Source of the DNA: an uncultured Dehalococcoidales bacterium
GTDB lineage: Bacteria > Chloroflexota > Dehalococcoidia > Dehalococcoidales > UBA1222
DNA length: 55,237 nucleotides
Reading direction: 5' to 3'
NCBI GenBank assembly: GCA_964427105.1
Contig: CAYRSY010000001.1
Coordinates: 1-55,237, forward strand
Part shown: one piece after another, positions 32,206-43,703 of the stretch
How positions within the stretch are numbered: the first letter of the stretch is position 1
How the letters are laid out: each line of letters begins with the position of its first letter
Translations under genes and position numbers: made by a program
Notes under the pieces: generated by a model
Databases searched by the model: none
What the model was told of the DNA's origin: nothing
The model's input: only the letters and a program-made list of their open reading frames with translations

Positions 32206-33648
32206 ATGGATATGAATAACAATATAAAATTCGGCACCGACGGCTGGCGTGCAGTTATCGCTGATGAATTCACCTTTAAAAACGTGCGCGTATGCGCTCA
32301 GGCGGTAGCCAATTATCTTGAGGATGCGGGGCTGTCCCATAAGGGTATCGTCATAGGTTACGATACGCGTTTCGCTTCTGCCGATTTCGCCATAGCTTCC
32401 GCTGAAGTGCTGGCAGGTAACGGCATTAAAGTCTATCTTAGCGATTCTGCCGTTCCGACGCCTGTAGTCAGTTACGCAGTTGTCAATCTGAAAGCCGGCG
32501 GCGGCATTGTTATCACTGCCAGCCACAACCCTGCCGCATGGAACGGATTCAAATATAAATCACCGGATGGCGCCAGCGCTCCCGAAGACGTGGTAACCGC
32601 GATAGAAAAGTGCATTGTTGCTGTCAATTCTGACAGCATAAAGGCCATCCCGCTGCCGAAAGCCATAAAGAGTGGAATGGTTATTCGAAGTGAGTTTCTG
32701 CCGGCCTATAAACGCCAAATAGAGCATTTACTGGACTTGAGCCATATCCGGCGCGCCGGACTACATATCGCCGTAGATTCCATGCACGGAGCCGGTGGTG
32801 GTTATTTCAAGGCGCTGCTGAGTGAAACCACGACGCGCATTACCGAAATAAAGGCTGAACCCAATCCGGCTTTTCCCGGCATGAAACAGCCTGAACCTAT
32901 CGGGGCAAACCTTGCCGAACTTTCGGAGACTATCAGGCGCGAAAAAGCCCAGGTCGGTCTGGCCACTGACGGTGACGCGGACCGTCTTGGCGTCATGGAT
33001 GAAAGTGGAAATTACCTGACGCAACTTCAGGTATATGCGCTGCTGGTGCAGTATCTTTTCGAGGTGCGCGGAGAGCGCGGCGCTATCGTCAAAACCATAA
33101 CAACCACCAATATGCTTAACCGGCTGGCGGAATTATACAACGTGCCGGTGTTTGAAGTTTCAGTAGGATTCAAGCATGTGGCTCCGGTGATGATACGCGA
33201 GAACGCAGTTATAGGAGGAGAAGAGAGCGGCGGATACGGTTTCCGCGGACACGTGCCTGAAAGGGATGGGTTGCTGGCGGGGTTATATTTCCTTGACCTG
33301 TTAGCGCGAACAGGGAAGACGCCTTCACAGCTTCTATCCAACCTCTATGGAAAAGTGGGGCCGCATTACTATGACAGGCATGACGTATTTTTCAAGGCTG
33401 ACAATCGCGAAACCATCATCGGACGTATGGCAAAGGCCATTCCAATCCAGCTCGACGGAGTAAAAGTATCCGGTAAAGAAACCACCGATGGTTTCCGCTT
33501 CCTTCTGGAAGACGGCGGATGGCTGCTGGTACGCTTCTCGGGCACGGAGCCGCTCCTGCGCGTATATGCCGAAAGCAGCAGCATGGAAAAAGTGCAACGC
33601 CTGCTTGATCTGGGAATAGAAATGACAGGCGTAAAGGATGTCGCATGA
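32206..33648 (+). CDS. Phosphoglucomutase/phosphomannomutase family protein
   Basis: FGTDGWR, phosphoserine loop TASHNPAAWNGFK, metal loop ATDGDADR, sugar loop GGEESGG. Confidence 0.9.
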   Translation: MDMNNNIKFGTDGWRAVIADEFTFKNVRVCAQAVANYLEDAGLSHKGIVIGYDTRFASADFAIASAEVLAGNGIKVYLSDSAVPTPVVSYAVVNLKAGGGIVITASHNPAAWNGFKYKSPDGASAPEDVVTAIEKCIVAVNSDSIKAIPLPKAIKSGMVIRSEFLPAYKRQIEHLLDLSHIRRAGLHIAVDSMHGAGGGYFKALLSETTTRITEIKAEPNPAFPGMKQPEPIGANLAELSETIRREKAQVGLATDGDADRLGVMDESGNYLTQLQVYALLVQYLFEVRGERGAIVKTITTTNMLNRLAELYNVPVFEVSVGFKHVAPVMIRENAVIGGEESGGYGFRGHVPERDGLLAGLYFLDLLARTGKTPSQLLSNLYGKVGPHYYDRHDVFFKADNRETIIGRMAKAIPIQLDGVKVSGKETTDGFRFLLEDGGWLLVRFSGTEPLLRVYAESSSMEKVQRLLDLGIEMTGVKDVA

Positions 33649-34718
33649 ATAAAAACCCCCTGGACGATCTGCAATGCTATAAAATAAACGACCCCTCGGA
33701 TATGCTGCGCCATATCCACGATATACCCGCGCTATGCCGGCAAGCATGTGCACAGACGCAGGGGCTATCCCTGCCGCAAGAATACAAAGACATAAATAAG
33801 GTAGTAATTCTGGGCATGGGAGGCTCAGCCATCGGAGGAGACCTGCTTTCAAGTCTCGTGATAGATGAGTGCAAAGTTCCCATACTGGTACACAGAAGCT
33901 ATGACCTGCCTGCTTTTGTCGATGAAAAAACACTGGTCATTGTCTCCAGCTATTCAGGAACGACAGAAGAAACAATCTCAGCCTTCAAGCAGCTTATCGC
34001 AACAAACGCTAAAAAGCTGGTAATGACGTCAGGCGGGGAGATAGGCAAACTGGCGCAGGAAAGGGGCATTCCAGCATTTATCTTCGATTATAAATCCCCA
34101 CCCCGCGCCGCCATGCCGCTGAGCTTCATGGCGCTGCTGGGCATTATAAGCAAGCTTGAACTTATCGCTGACAAATCAGAGGACATTGAAGAATCCTGTT
34201 CCGTGGTTAAGGAAATAGGTGAAAAAATAAACGAGACCATACCAGCGCAAAATAACCATGCCAAACAGATAGCCCAGCGGCTTTTTGGTAAAATAGCAGT
34301 TATTTACGGGGCAGAACATCTCTCCGAAGTAGCAGCCCGCTGGAAAATTCAAATCAACGAAAACGCCAAGGCATGGTCTATAAATGCTGCCTTCCCGGAA
34401 CTCAATCATAATGCTACTACAGGATATGAATTCCCGGCAGGAATAAGCCGGAAAACAATGATTATCATGCTGCGGGCTGAAAGTCTGCATCCACGCGTAG
34501 AGTTACGTTATAATATCACTGGAGAAATAAATAAAAGGGCAGGTATAGAATACGAAATAGTGGACTCATCCGGCAAGAGCAAACTGGCACAGATGATGAG
34601 CCTGATCCTGCTTGGTGATTATGTCAGCTACTACCTGGCGCTGCTGTACGAAATAGACCCGTATCCTATTAAGGCCGTAGAGTATTTGAAAGCGGAACTT
34701 AACGGAAACAGCTTCTAA
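33645..34718 (+). CDS. Bifunctional phosphoglucose/phosphomannose isomerase (SIS-domain, archaeal-type PGI/PMI)
   Basis: GMGGSAIGGDLL and VIVSSYSGTTEET SIS motifs, about 357 aa; ATGA start/stop overlap with the mutase gene. Confidence 0.8.
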   Translation: MNKNPLDDLQCYKINDPSDMLRHIHDIPALCRQACAQTQGLSLPQEYKDINKVVILGMGGSAIGGDLLSSLVIDECKVPILVHRSYDLPAFVDEKTLVIVSSYSGTTEETISAFKQLIATNAKKLVMTSGGEIGKLAQERGIPAFIFDYKSPPRAAMPLSFMALLGIISKLELIADKSEDIEESCSVVKEIGEKINETIPAQNNHAKQIAQRLFGKIAVIYGAEHLSEVAARWKIQINENAKAWSINAAFPELNHNATTGYEFPAGISRKTMIIMLRAESLHPRVELRYNITGEINKRAGIEYEIVDSSGKSKLAQMMSLILLGDYVSYYLALLYEIDPYPIKAVEYLKAELNGNSF

Positions 34719-34819
34719 CCCTGAGTTCCAAAGATTTCGTCTAAATAAAAACCTCTCGACGTCCGATTATTTCTCGTCAGATTTATAATAGCATTCCGGA
34801 TTTTTCAGTTAGTTCAACA

Positions 34820-34856
34820 AAAAAGCCGCTGGAGAAATCCAGCGGCTTTTGCTTTT
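34820..34856. terminator. Bidirectional intrinsic terminator between convergent pgi/pmi and rpsI
   Basis: Perfect 10-bp stem AGCCGCTGGA / TCCAGCGGCT with GAAA loop (34824..34847), flanked by AAAA upstream and TTTTGCTTTT downstream. Confidence 0.8.
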
Positions 34857-34879
34857 CTCTGGCTTATGAGGCTGCCAGC

Positions 34880-35275
34880 CTAACGCTTGGTATACTGCGA
34901 CGCCTTGCGGGCTCTTCTGAGACCAGGTTTCTTTCTTTCCTTGGCTCTTGGATCACGGGTAAGCAATCCCTCAGAACGCAATACAGCTTTGTGATTCTCA
35001 TCTTCCTTGAGCAAAGCGCGTGAAATACCCAGCGCGATAGAATCAGCCTGCCCTGTGCAACCACCCCCTGCCACCTTCACGATAATATCGTACTTTGCGG
35101 CAGTTTGCGTTACCTCAAGAGGTTTAACAATAGTCTGGCGATGGTCAAAACGCGTAAAGCGCTCTTCATAGCCTTTACCATCTACGGTTATATTACCGCT
35201 GCCGGGGCTCAGTCTTACCTGCGCCACCGCAGTTTTACGTCTGCCGGTACCACTGGAATAAGTCTTTTTTACCAT
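34880..35275 (-). CDS. rpsI: 30S ribosomal protein S9
   Basis: 131 aa, GGG.TGQA and C-terminal KKPGLRRARKASQYTKR signatures; follows rplM. Confidence 0.95.
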   Translation of the reverse strand: MVKKTYSSGTGRRKTAVAQVRLSPGSGNITVDGKGYEERFTRFDHRQTIVKPLEVTQTAAKYDIIVKVAGGGCTGQADSIALGISRALLKEDENHKAVLRSEGLLTRDPRAKERKKPGLRRARKASQYTKR

Positions 35276-35284
35276 AGTATCTCC

Positions 35285-35707
35285 TTAAGCCTCAGCCTGC
35301 CTGGCGACAGTATGCGGATGATCCGCACCGGCATAAACTTTCAGTTTCTTGATCATTGCATTCCCCAGCCTGTTGCGAGGCAGCATGCCCTTGACCGCAT
35401 GTTCGATTACCATTTCAGGTTTATTCTTTAACATTTCATCCAGCGGTACAGCACGAAAACCGCCCGGATAGCCTGAATGCCTGTAGTACATCTTTTGTTC
35501 CAGTTTCTTGCCGGTGACCTTGATTTTGGATGCGTTTATTACCACAACATAGTCACCAGTATCCAGGTTGCGCGTGAACATAGTCTTGTTCTTGCCCATA
35601 ATCAGTTCGGCGGCTTCAGTAGCTACCTTGCCCAGCACCTTGTCCGCAGCATCTATAACATGCCATTCACGCTTGATTTCATTTGCCTTGACGCTATAGG
35701 TTTTCAT
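35285..35707 (-). CDS. rplM: 50S ribosomal protein L13
   Basis: 140 aa, [13 protein letters not shown]-terminus, [10 protein letters not shown] motif. Confidence 0.95.
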   Translation of the reverse strand: MKTYSVKANEIKREWHVIDAADKVLGKVATEAAELIMGKNKTMFTRNLDTGDYVVVINASKIKVTGKKLEQKMYYRHSGYPGGFRAVPLDEMLKNKPEMVIEHAVKGMLPRNRLGNAMIKKLKVYAGADHPHTVARQAEA

Positions 35708-35720
35708 TAAAAGCCTTCCT

Positions 35721-36542
35721 CTAAATTGTTGCCCTGTAATACACTTGATTCAAATAAAGCCCGCAGGCTGGCGCCGTAGGCCCCGCCAGACCAAACTCAC
35801 GAACGTTAATTATACCCCGAAATTCTTCCGGTGTCATCTTGCCCTGCCCCACCCTGAGCAAAGCGCCTACCGTGTTGCGCACCTGATGCATTAAAAATGC
35901 GCTTCCAACTACTTTAAAAACAATAAATTCACCTTCACGCCGCACAGATGCCTCATAGATACAGCGGTGGGTGCTTTTTTGGGGTGATTCCATGCTGGAA
36001 ACAAAAGAAGCAAAATCATGTTCGCCCAATAAATGCCGGCAGGCATGATTCATTGCGTCAATATCAATGTCTCCTGCTACCTGATAGGCACGTTCACGCC
36101 ATATTGCAGAGCGCGCATTCGAACTCAGGATGTAATACTCATATTCCCGCCTCAAGGCGCTTCGGCGCGGATCAAAATCCATATCCACAATACGGGCGGA
36201 TTTTACAGAAATATCCGCCGGCAGATAATGATTCAACCCACCTATAAATGTCCGTTCCGGCAATGAAGAAAAAGTAACAAAACTCGCTACCTGTCCACGC
36301 GCATGCACGCCGGCATCGGTACGTCCTGCCATGGTAATGCGAATTTCTTCCCCGGTAAGCGAAAACAGCGCTTTTTCTATTTCCGACTGAACCGTCGGAA
36401 GATCACACTGCATTTGCGAACCGAAATAGCGTGTGCCGTCGTATTCAACCACCAGCGCGAAACGAGTCAAGTTGGCAGCAGGCATACAAGCCTTCGTCGA
36501 TACCCTTTCGTCCATTTCACACTGCGGAAGAACTGAGGACAT
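35721..36542 (-). CDS. truA: tRNA pseudouridine(38-40) synthase TruA
   Basis: [17 protein letters not shown] and catalytic GRTDAGVHA motifs. An internal ATG at 36485 with a GAAGG RBS is an alternative start. Confidence 0.9.
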   Translation of the reverse strand: MSSVLPQCEMDERVSTKACMPAANLTRFALVVEYDGTRYFGSQMQCDLPTVQSEIEKALFSLTGEEIRITMAGRTDAGVHARGQVASFVTFSSLPERTFIGGLNHYLPADISVKSARIVDMDFDPRRSALRREYEYYILSSNARSAIWRERAYQVAGDIDIDAMNHACRHLLGEHDFASFVSSMESPQKSTHRCIYEASVRREGEFIVFKVVGSAFLMHQVRNTVGALLRVGQGKMTPEEFRGIINVREFGLAGPTAPACGLYLNQVYYRATI

Positions 36543-36544
36543 AG

Positions 36545-36898
36545 TTACTTAACAAGCTCCAGCTGCGCCATAGGAGCTCCGTCTCCAAGCCGCGGCGGCA
36601 GTTTTGTAATTCGTGTATATCCGCCTTTGCGGTCTTCATAACGCTTGGCGATATCGTCAAAAACCTTTTCCACCATCTTTTCATCATAAATGAACGCCAG
36701 AGCGCGGCGCCTGGCACTCAAATCGCCTTTTTTGCCAAGAGTAATCATTTTTTCCGCCATATTGCGGATCTCCTTGGCTTTGGCCTCAGTGGTGACAATT
36801 TTCTCGCTATCCATAAGGCTCTGCACCATATTGCGGTACATAGCCATGCGGTGTGCCGTAGGCCGGTCGAATTTTCTTCCTGATACTTTATGACTCAT
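36545..36898 (-). CDS. rplQ: 50S ribosomal protein L17
   Basis: 117 aa, KLGR-type N-terminus ([11 protein letters not shown]), [10 protein letters not shown] motif; follows rpoA. Confidence 0.95.
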   Translation of the reverse strand: MSHKVSGRKFDRPTAHRMAMYRNMVQSLMDSEKIVTTEAKAKEIRNMAEKMITLGKKGDLSARRRALAFIYDEKMVEKVFDDIAKRYEDRKGGYTRITKLPPRLGDGAPMAQLELVK

Positions 36899-36945
36899 GT
36901 TATCCTCACCTTGACTAGATTAGATAATATAACGAATACCCTGAG

Positions 36946-37956
36946 TTATTCCGATGTTTTCTTCTTACGGACAGGCTTCTTTATATCCTCTTCTTCTTCC
37001 TCTTCTTCTTCGATGGAAGCTTCGCTCATTTTAGGAAATGATAGCCCCAGGCTGACCAGTTTTTCTTCCACTTCCTGACGTGATTTCTGTCCGAAGTTGC
37101 GCAGTGATAATAGTTCCTTTTCGCTCAGACTCACCAGTTCGCCCACAGTATTAATGCCGCTGCGCCGCAAACAATTCATGGCGCGCACCGAAAGATCAAG
37201 TTTTTCAACCGGCATGTTGAAAAGATCCTCTGGAATAGAAGCCCTGATAGCTTTCTTTTCATCATCCATATCGGAAGCACGGCCATAATCAACCATCGGT
37301 TTTAGCTGTTCTACCAGTAAAGCTGCACCGCGGCTGATAGCCCTGGAGGGCGCCAGAGTGCCGTCGGTCCATATCTCAATAGTTAATTTTTCCTGACTGG
37401 TTTCACGCCCCATGTGCATGGGTTCAGTGGTAAAATTAACCTTTCGGACCGGAGTGAAAATAGCGTCAACAGGTATGGTTCCTATTGGAAGATTTTCGCT
37501 GCCGCCAGCCACCTGGTACCCCATACCCAGTTCAACATCCATCTCGACTGAAATACGCGCATCTTTTCCGCTGAGTGTTGCCAGATACAGATCAGGATTG
37601 ACTATCTCAAAATCCATAGAAGGAGTTATGTCAGATGCGTGAATCTCTCCTTCACCCTCTTTTTCTAGGTAAAGTTTGCCTGACTGACCCGTAACCGGTT
37701 TAATCTTGAGTGATTTCAGATTCAACACGAAATCCAAAACATCCTCTTTCACGTTGGGGATGGCTGAAAACTCATGCTGAATGCCCTCAATGCGTACTCT
37801 GGTAACGGCAGCACCCGGCAGATAGCGCAGCAGCACACGACGCAGGGCATTACCCAACGTGGTACCGAAGCCTTTCTCAAGGGGTTCTGCTATAAAACGT
37901 CCATATTTTTCAGTGGACTCAACATTTTCAATTTTAGATACAAATAGGCTCGCCAA
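36946..37956 (-). CDS. rpoA: DNA-directed RNA polymerase subunit alpha
   Basis: [27 protein letters not shown]-terminal domain, C-terminal domain [26 protein letters not shown] start at 37956 preceded by AAGGGAGG. Unusual E8 / basic tail. Confidence 0.95.
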   Translation of the reverse strand: MASLFVSKIENVESTEKYGRFIAEPLEKGFGTTLGNALRRVLLRYLPGAAVTRVRIEGIQHEFSAIPNVKEDVLDFVLNLKSLKIKPVTGQSGKLYLEKEGEGEIHASDITPSMDFEIVNPDLYLATLSGKDARISVEMDVELGMGYQVAGGSENLPIGTIPVDAIFTPVRKVNFTTEPMHMGRETSQEKLTIEIWTDGTLAPSRAISRGAALLVEQLKPMVDYGRASDMDDEKKAIRASIPEDLFNMPVEKLDLSVRAMNCLRRSGINTVGELVSLSEKELLSLRNFGQKSRQEVEEKLVSLGLSFPKMSEASIEEEEEEEEDIKKPVRKKKTSE

Positions 37957-37975
37957 GGATGGCCTCCCTTAACTT

Positions 37976-38599
37976 CTAGCGCGAGTAATACTCGACTACT
38001 GAAGCCATATCAAACTTAGTTTCTAAATCTCCTGGCATAGGCAGGCTTACCACGCGTCCGACCATGAGTGCTTTATCAAGGCTTAGCCATGGAGCCACAA
38101 CCTTGCTACCTATCCCCCCCGCTGCCAGCTTGTAATACTCACTCTTTTTACTGGTTTCATGCCAACCGATAATATCGCCTTCTTTGACTATGCAGGACGG
38201 TATATCAGTGCGTCTGCCGTTAACCAGAAAATGACCGTGCTGCACCAATTGTCTTGCCTGGTTACGCGAATCTGCGAAACCAAGCCGATAAACAACGTTA
38301 TCCAGCCTCTTCTCGAGTATTACCAGCAGATTCTCACCCGTGATCCCGCTCTGGCGTTCAGCCTCTGCAAAGAAACGTCGGAACTGGCGCTCCAAAACAC
38401 CATAGCTATAGCGCACTTTCTGCTTTTCACGTAACTGCATACCGCGGTCTGAAAGACGGCGGCGGCGCGACAATTGCGGGCCGGGCGGTTTCGGGCGTTT
38501 GTCATAGGGACATTTAGTAACGCACTTATTGCCTTTAAGGAAGAGCTTCTCCCCGCTGCGGCGGCACAACCGGCATTTTGCTTCAGTATATCTGGCCAT
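37976..38599 (-). CDS. rpsD: 30S ribosomal protein S4
   Basis: [14 protein letters not shown]...KC zinc-type N-terminus, S4 RNA-binding domain [11 protein letters not shown]. Confidence 0.95.
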   Translation of the reverse strand: MARYTEAKCRLCRRSGEKLFLKGNKCVTKCPYDKRPKPPGPQLSRRRRLSDRGMQLREKQKVRYSYGVLERQFRRFFAEAERQSGITGENLLVILEKRLDNVVYRLGFADSRNQARQLVQHGHFLVNGRRTDIPSCIVKEGDIIGWHETSKKSEYYKLAAGGIGSKVVAPWLSLDKALMVGRVVSLPMPGDLETKFDMASVVEYYSR

Positions 38600-38602
38600 A
38601 TG

Positions 38603-38992
38603 TTATACACGCCTCCTTTTGGGCGGACGGCAGCCGTTATGCGGCACCGGTGTAATATCGCGGATACTGGTAATGTGCAAACCGGAAGCCTGCAGCGAAC
38701 GGATAGCCGCCTCACGGCCGCTTCCCGGTCCTTTTACAAATACTTCAACCTGCTTGAGCCCAACATCCATGGCCTTGCGTGCCGAGGTGGTAGCCGCCAT
38801 CTGGGCGGCATACGGGGTGCTCTTGCGCGATCCCTTGAACCCCGAAGCTCCTGCGCTTGAGGATGAAATTACATTTCCCTGGGGGTCAGTCAGTGTAACA
38901 ATAGTATTGTTAAAGGTCGCCTGAATATAGGCTCTGCCCACAGGTATAACTTTCTTTTCCCTTTTTTTGGTTATTTTTTTAGTTTGTGCCAT
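38603..38992 (-). CDS. rpsK: 30S ribosomal protein S11
   Basis: 129 aa, [26 protein letters not shown]-terminal [12 protein letters not shown]. Confidence 0.95.
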   Translation of the reverse strand: MAQTKKITKKREKKVIPVGRAYIQATFNNTIVTLTDPQGNVISSSSAGASGFKGSRKSTPYAAQMAATTSARKAMDVGLKQVEVFVKGPGSGREAAIRSLQASGLHITSIRDITPVPHNGCRPPKRRRV

Positions 38993-39025
38993 GTGCTTCT
39001 CCTAGTTTATATATACTCAAGCCGA

Positions 39026-39412
39026 TTACTTCTTGGCGCCGCGCTTCTGTCCGCGACCGGCTACAGTCTTCGGTTTTCCCTTGCGAGTGCGGGCATTGGT
39101 GCGCGTGCGCTGGCCCCTTACAGGCAATCCTCTCCTGTGGCGCAATCCACGGTAAGAACCAATATCAATCAACCGCTTGATATTAAGATTGACTTCCTTG
39201 CGCAGTTCACCCTCAATCCGGAACTCGCGATCAATATATTCACGGATGCGATTGAGTTCAGCTTCTGACAACTCGTCCAGTTTAGCATCCGGCTTTACTT
39301 TAGTCGCTTCCAGTATCTGGAAAGCCCTCGTCTGCCCTACTCCATAAAGGTATTGCAAAGAAACCCAGGCTTGTTTATCCTTTGGTAAGTCCACCCCGGC
39401 TATACGTGCCAT
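39026..39412 (-). CDS. rpsM: 30S ribosomal protein S13
   Basis: [11 protein letters not shown]-terminus, [17 protein letters not shown] motif. Confidence 0.95.
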   Translation of the reverse strand: MARIAGVDLPKDKQAWVSLQYLYGVGQTRAFQILEATKVKPDAKLDELSEAELNRIREYIDREFRIEGELRKEVNLNIKRLIDIGSYRGLRHRRGLPVRGQRTRTNARTRKGKPKTVAGRGQKRGAKK

Positions 39413-39429
39413 AAATCCTCCTAAAACCT

Positions 39430-39543
39430 CTAACCCTGACGCTGTTTATGCTTGGGATTAGTGCAGATATTTCGAACTACGCCTTTGCGCTTTATTATCT
39501 TGCATTTTTCACATTGCGTTTTGACCGATGCCCTTACTTTCAT
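39430..39543 (-). CDS. rpmJ: 50S ribosomal protein L36
   Basis: [37 protein letters not shown] (37 aa). It is embedded in the longer track ORF 39430..39624, whose N-terminal part is spurious. Confidence 0.92.
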   Translation of the reverse strand: MKVRASVKTQCEKCKIIKRKGVVRNICTNPKHKQRQG

Positions 39544-39568
39544 ATTATTCCTTCCCTGTATATGGATG

Positions 39569-39787
39569 TTATTTAAAGCGATAGGTGATACGCCCGCGCG
39601 TAAGGTCATAGGGCGAAAGCTCAACCAGCACCTTGTCGCCGGGTAACACCCTTATATAATGCACTCGTATTTTACCAGAGATATGAGCTAAAACCGTATG
39701 TCCGTTAGCCAGTTTCACCTGAAAAGTGGCGTTAGGCAACGCTTCAACTACAGTCCCCTCTACCTCTATTGCTTCTTTTTTACTCAT
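39569..39787 (-). CDS. infA: Translation initiation factor IF-1
   Basis: 72 aa, [33 protein letters not shown]1-like fold signature. Confidence 0.95.
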   Translation of the reverse strand: MSKKEAIEVEGTVVEALPNATFQVKLANGHTVLAHISGKIRVHYIRVLPGDKVLVELSPYDLTRGRITYRFK

Positions 39788-39798
39788 AATATCCTTTA

Positions 39799-40548
39799 TT
39801 ATACCAGAGTCAGGATTTCTGCTTTATCTTCAGTGATAGCCACTGTATGTTCATAATGAGCAGACAACCCTCCGTCTGCGGTAGATACAAGCCACTTATC
39901 CTTCCCCACTTTGGTACGCCAACCGCCTGTTGCAAGCATAGGTTCAAGTGCCAGCGTCATTCCTTTTTTCAACACCAGCCCTGTTCCCGGTTCACCAAAA
40001 TTGGGCACTAGAGGGTCTTCGTGCATTTCCCGTCCGATGCCGTGCCCTGTATATTCGCGTATAATCGTAAAGCCACGCGACTCAGCATGACGCTGGATGG
40101 CAGATGATATGTCGCCAAGATGGTTCCCGTGCCTAGCTGCCCCTATGCCAGCCAGCAGAGATTCATAAGTAGCATCCATCAGGCCTTTTGCCAGTAATCC
40201 AGCGTCTCCTATCATAACAGTTATAGCTGCATCCCCCTGAAACCCGTTTACTATCGCTCCAAAATCCATCGAAACGATATCACCATCTTTAATTACCCTG
40301 TTCCCCGGTATGCCGTGTACTATTTCGTCATTTACAGATACACACAGGCTAGCCGGATAGCCGTGATACCCTTTAAAAGATGGGCGGGCTCCCAGAGCCT
40401 TCACCTCACGCTCAGCGATAGCATCCAGTTCGCGGGTTTTCATACCTGCCTGAATGCTGTGGCGCAGTATATCCAGCACCCGCGCCGTCACGCTCCCCGC
40501 TTTGCGCATAGCTTCCAGCTCCCGCTCGTTTTTAATACCTATAGACAT
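39799..40548 (-). CDS. map: Type I methionine aminopeptidase
   Basis: 249 aa, [34 protein letters not shown] metal-ligand motifs. Confidence 0.93.
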   Translation of the reverse strand: MSIGIKNERELEAMRKAGSVTARVLDILRHSIQAGMKTRELDAIAEREVKALGARPSFKGYHGYPASLCVSVNDEIVHGIPGNRVIKDGDIVSMDFGAIVNGFQGDAAITVMIGDAGLLAKGLMDATYESLLAGIGAARHGNHLGDISSAIQRHAESRGFTIIREYTGHGIGREMHEDPLVPNFGEPGTGLVLKKGMTLALEPMLATGGWRTKVGKDKWLVSTADGGLSAHYEHTVAITEDKAEILTLV

Positions 40549-40551
40549 CCT

Positions 40552-41187
40552 CTATGCCTGTCCGGCGAGAGAGCGCACGATACGACCGGTAACCGATACT
40601 ACATCACCGTCACCATCTATCTCAACCAGTTTCTTCTTCTGTTTATAATAATCAATAAGGGGCGCAGTGTCATTGAAATACACCACCAGGCGCTTCTTCA
40701 CTGTTTCCGGCGAGTCATCCGCCCTCTGATATAATTCCCCTCCACATTTTTCACAAGCACCGCCTGCCTCCCTGGCATAAGGCATCTGGCACTGGCGGCA
40801 AAGCCACCTGTTAGACAAACGCCGCACCAGTTCTGATTGTTCTACCTTGATATAAATCACAGCGCTGACATCTTTGCATTCTTTTTCAAGAGCATTATCA
40901 AGCCTTGCCGCCTGCGCCAGATTACGAGGAAAGCCATCAAGTATTATTCCCTTTTGCTGTGAAGGCTGCGCTAATCTGTCAAGCACCATCTGTATGGTAA
41001 TTTCATCAGGAACCAGCGCTCCTCTTTCCATATATGATTTAACTGCTTGCCCCAGTTCATCTCCCCGTTCAACAGCCTGACGAAACAGGTCACCGGAAGA
41101 TATATGCGCCAGATCCATCTCACTGGCCACAGCTGCCGCCTGCGTACCCTTTCCGGCGCCGGGCGCTCCCAGAAAAATAACTATCAT
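40552..41187 (-). CDS. adk: Adenylate kinase (zinc-lid type)
   Basis: MIVIFLGAPGAGKGTQA P-loop, LID with CRQC...CEKC. The track ORF extends to TTG 41205. ATG 41187 gives the canonical N-terminus. Confidence 0.93.
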   Translation of the reverse strand: MIVIFLGAPGAGKGTQAAAVASEMDLAHISSGDLFRQAVERGDELGQAVKSYMERGALVPDEITIQMVLDRLAQPSQQKGIILDGFPRNLAQAARLDNALEKECKDVSAVIYIKVEQSELVRRLSNRWLCRQCQMPYAREAGGACEKCGGELYQRADDSPETVKKRLVVYFNDTAPLIDYYKQKKKLVEIDGDGDVVSVTGRIVRSLAGQA

Positions 41188-41215
41188 CTGCTGCTCTAGA
41201 GACAAAACTCTCTCA

Positions 41216-42538
41216 CTATTTTATGAATCCCTCATAATGACGCATGGCCAATTGAGCTTCCATCTGTTTCATGGTATCCAGCACTACACCCACTACAATG
41301 AGCATTCCAGTGCTTGAGAGCGTCAGCGTCTGAATACTGGTCGCCGTGCGGGCAATAAAAGGAATGATAGCCACCAATGCCAGGAACAGGGCTCCCGCCC
41401 AGGTAATACGCATTATAACACCGTTAAGGTATGTTTCAGTCTGTTTGCCGGGACGAATGCCGGGCACAAACCCGCCCTGACGCTGTAAAACTCCAGGAAG
41501 ATCCTGCTGCTGAAAGATCACGGTAGTATAAAAGAAGGAAAAACCCACTACCAGCAGGAAATAAAGAACCCAATAAATAAGCCCCATAGGCATGTCGGTA
41601 TTCGAGCTGAATACCCTCACCACCTGGCTGGCAAAGTTAGTGCCCGTGCTGCTTCCTCCAAGCCACTGTGCAATAATGCCGGGGAAAGTAACCATAGCCA
41701 TAGCGAAGATAAGAGGGATCATGCCTGCAGTGTTAACACGCAGGGGTATGTGGCTAGACCCGCTCTGGCGGTACATGCGTCCGCCCTTGTAAACGCTTTT
41801 GGCATACTGAACAGGAATGCGGCGATGCGCCTCGTTAAATATGACTATAAACAACGCTGTGAGTATCGACAGAATCACAAAAACTATCAATCCTGTTATC
41901 TGTCCCTGTTGCCCAGCCAGATAACCATCGGCTATATCTGCAGGCAATCTGGCCATGATACCCGCAAAAATTATGATAGACACTCCGTTTCCGATGCCGT
42001 ACTGCGTTATCTGCTCGCCCAGCCAGACACAGAACATACTGCCGGCAATGAGCGACAGAATAATGGCAACAGTGGATAACCCATCAGTTGCGCCTACTCC
42101 GCCATATTGCTGCATCAACACCAGTTGTCCATAACCGGAAAGGCCAGCCAAAGGTATCATCAACCAGTGTGTAATGGAATTTATTTTATCCCGGCCGCTT
42201 TCGCCCTCTTCAGACAGCCGCTGCAGAGCAGGGATAATCGGAGTCATAAGCGTAATAATGATGCTGGCGGTAATATATGGATACACACCCATAGCCGCCA
42301 CGCTGAAATACTGCATAGCCCCGCCGCTGAACATGTTCATCATGCCCAACAAAGCGTTGTTCTCAAAAATAGTTTTTAAACTTTCGGGATCAGCGCCCGG
42401 CACAGGAACATTGGCCACAAAACGGAAGACCACCAGAATCCCCAGTGTGACAAGAAGACGACGACGCAGATCAGGCAAGCTGAACGCATCGATCATCGCT
42501 TGCAGAAGACGGGGTCTGGAAGACGCTTTTTGCGCCAT
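41216..42538 (-). CDS. secY: Preprotein translocase subunit SecY
   Basis: 440 aa, 10 TM pattern, LRRRLLVTLG..VVFR N-terminus, GIGNG.S.IIF motif; position after rplO. Confidence 0.95.
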   Translation of the reverse strand: MAQKASSRPRLLQAMIDAFSLPDLRRRLLVTLGILVVFRFVANVPVPGADPESLKTIFENNALLGMMNMFSGGAMQYFSVAAMGVYPYITASIIITLMTPIIPALQRLSEEGESGRDKINSITHWLMIPLAGLSGYGQLVLMQQYGGVGATDGLSTVAIILSLIAGSMFCVWLGEQITQYGIGNGVSIIIFAGIMARLPADIADGYLAGQQGQITGLIVFVILSILTALFIVIFNEAHRRIPVQYAKSVYKGGRMYRQSGSSHIPLRVNTAGMIPLIFAMAMVTFPGIIAQWLGGSSTGTNFASQVVRVFSSNTDMPMGLIYWVLYFLLVVGFSFFYTTVIFQQQDLPGVLQRQGGFVPGIRPGKQTETYLNGVIMRITWAGALFLALVAIIPFIARTATSIQTLTLSSTGMLIVVGVVLDTMKQMEAQLAMRHYEGFIK

Positions 42539-42984
42539 TAGGCGACCTCCTCCGCAGTACCGCCGGCAGCTTCGATTTTAGCTTTTGCCGCTGCCGAATA
42601 GCTGCTTACTTTTACGTTAAGCGCACGGTCAATATCACCGCCTGCCAGTATCTTTACGGGCAGTGAAAGTGTTTTTATAAGACCTTCAGCCCGCAAGATT
42701 TCAGGAGTAACTTCGCTGCCGGCATCAAAACAATTGAGCGCCGAAACATTTATTACAGTCATTTCTTTTTTAAATATGTTGGTAAACCCGCGTTTTTCAG
42801 GAAGACGCTTGATAATGGGAAGCTGTCCGCCTTCAAAACCAGGCCGCACGCCGAAACCGGCGCGCGCTTTGTTGCCTTTGCAACCCCGTCCGGAGTATGT
42901 TCCATGCCCGCTGCCAGTGCCGCGGCCAACACGCTTGGGAGACTTGCGCGCTCCTTCAGCAGGAGATAATTCATTCTGTTTCAT
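42538..42984 (-). CDS. rplO: 50S ribosomal protein L15
   Basis: 148 aa, RVGRGTGSGHG.YSGRG.KG..AR motif. Confidence 0.95.
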   Translation of the reverse strand: MKQNELSPAEGARKSPKRVGRGTGSGHGTYSGRGCKGNKARAGFGVRPGFEGGQLPIIKRLPEKRGFTNIFKKEMTVINVSALNCFDAGSEVTPEILRAEGLIKTLSLPVKILAGGDIDRALNVKVSSYSAAAKAKIEAAGGTAEEVA

Positions 42985-43166
42985 TAAGACACCTCCTCTA
43001 CTTTGACCAGGTGCCGTACCTTGACAATCATTCCGCGCAAGGTAACAGAATCATCACGAACCACGCTCTGATTGAGCTTTCTGAGCCCAAGAGACTGAAT
43101 TGTGCGTTTCTGGTCATCGGCATAGCCGATATCGCTTTTAATCCAGGTTACTTTAAGTTTAGACAC
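42984..43166 (-). CDS. rpmD: 50S ribosomal protein L30
   Basis: GTG 43166 preceded by AGGAGG. 60 aa: [14 protein letters not shown]...[14 protein letters not shown]. The longer track ORF to 43238 overlaps rpsE and is not credible. Confidence 0.9.
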   Translation of the reverse strand: MSKLKVTWIKSDIGYADDQKRTIQSLGLRKLNQSVVRDDSVTLRGMIVKVRHLVKVEEVS

Positions 43167-43689
43167 CGCTGGCCTCCTGCGGTTTTTCTTCAAGCTTACG
43201 CCTGGCGAATTCCGCTTTCGGATCTTTAAGGCTCGCAAGCCCTACCATAACAGCCTTGGCCACGTTCACCTTGTTGGCGCTGCCTAGTGACTTGGTCAGG
43301 ATATCCTTGATACCTGCCGCTTCCACTACCGCACGCACGCTGCCGCCGGCAATAATGCCGATACCGGGCGCTGCGGGTTTAAGCAGCACCTGTGCCGCTC
43401 CGAATTTAGCGGTCACCTCATAAGGGATAGTATTTCCCGACATCTGAACTTTTATAAGATGCTTGTGAGCCACTGCATTGGCTTTATTGATAGCTTCAGG
43501 AACTTCGTTGGATTTGCCAACACCTATCCCGACATGCCCGGCGCCATCGCCGCTAACTACCAGCGCAGCAAAGCTGAGGCGTTTGCCTCCTTTGAGCACC
43601 TTCGAAACACGGTTGATATAAATCAGCTTGTCGTTTAATGCCAATTCGCTTGAGTCGATTTTGCTTCTGGTAATGCTTTCCTTAGCCAC
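43159..43689 (-). CDS. rpsE: 30S ribosomal protein S5
   Basis: 176 aa, [37 protein letters not shown]; GTG start. Confidence 0.95.
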   Translation of the reverse strand: MAKESITRSKIDSSELALNDKLIYINRVSKVLKGGKRLSFAALVVSGDGAGHVGIGVGKSNEVPEAINKANAVAHKHLIKVQMSGNTIPYEVTAKFGAAQVLLKPAAPGIGIIAGGSVRAVVEAAGIKDILTKSLGSANKVNVAKAVMVGLASLKDPKAEFARRKLEEKPQEASGV

Positions 43690-43703
43690 TTCGTCCCGTC
43701 CTT

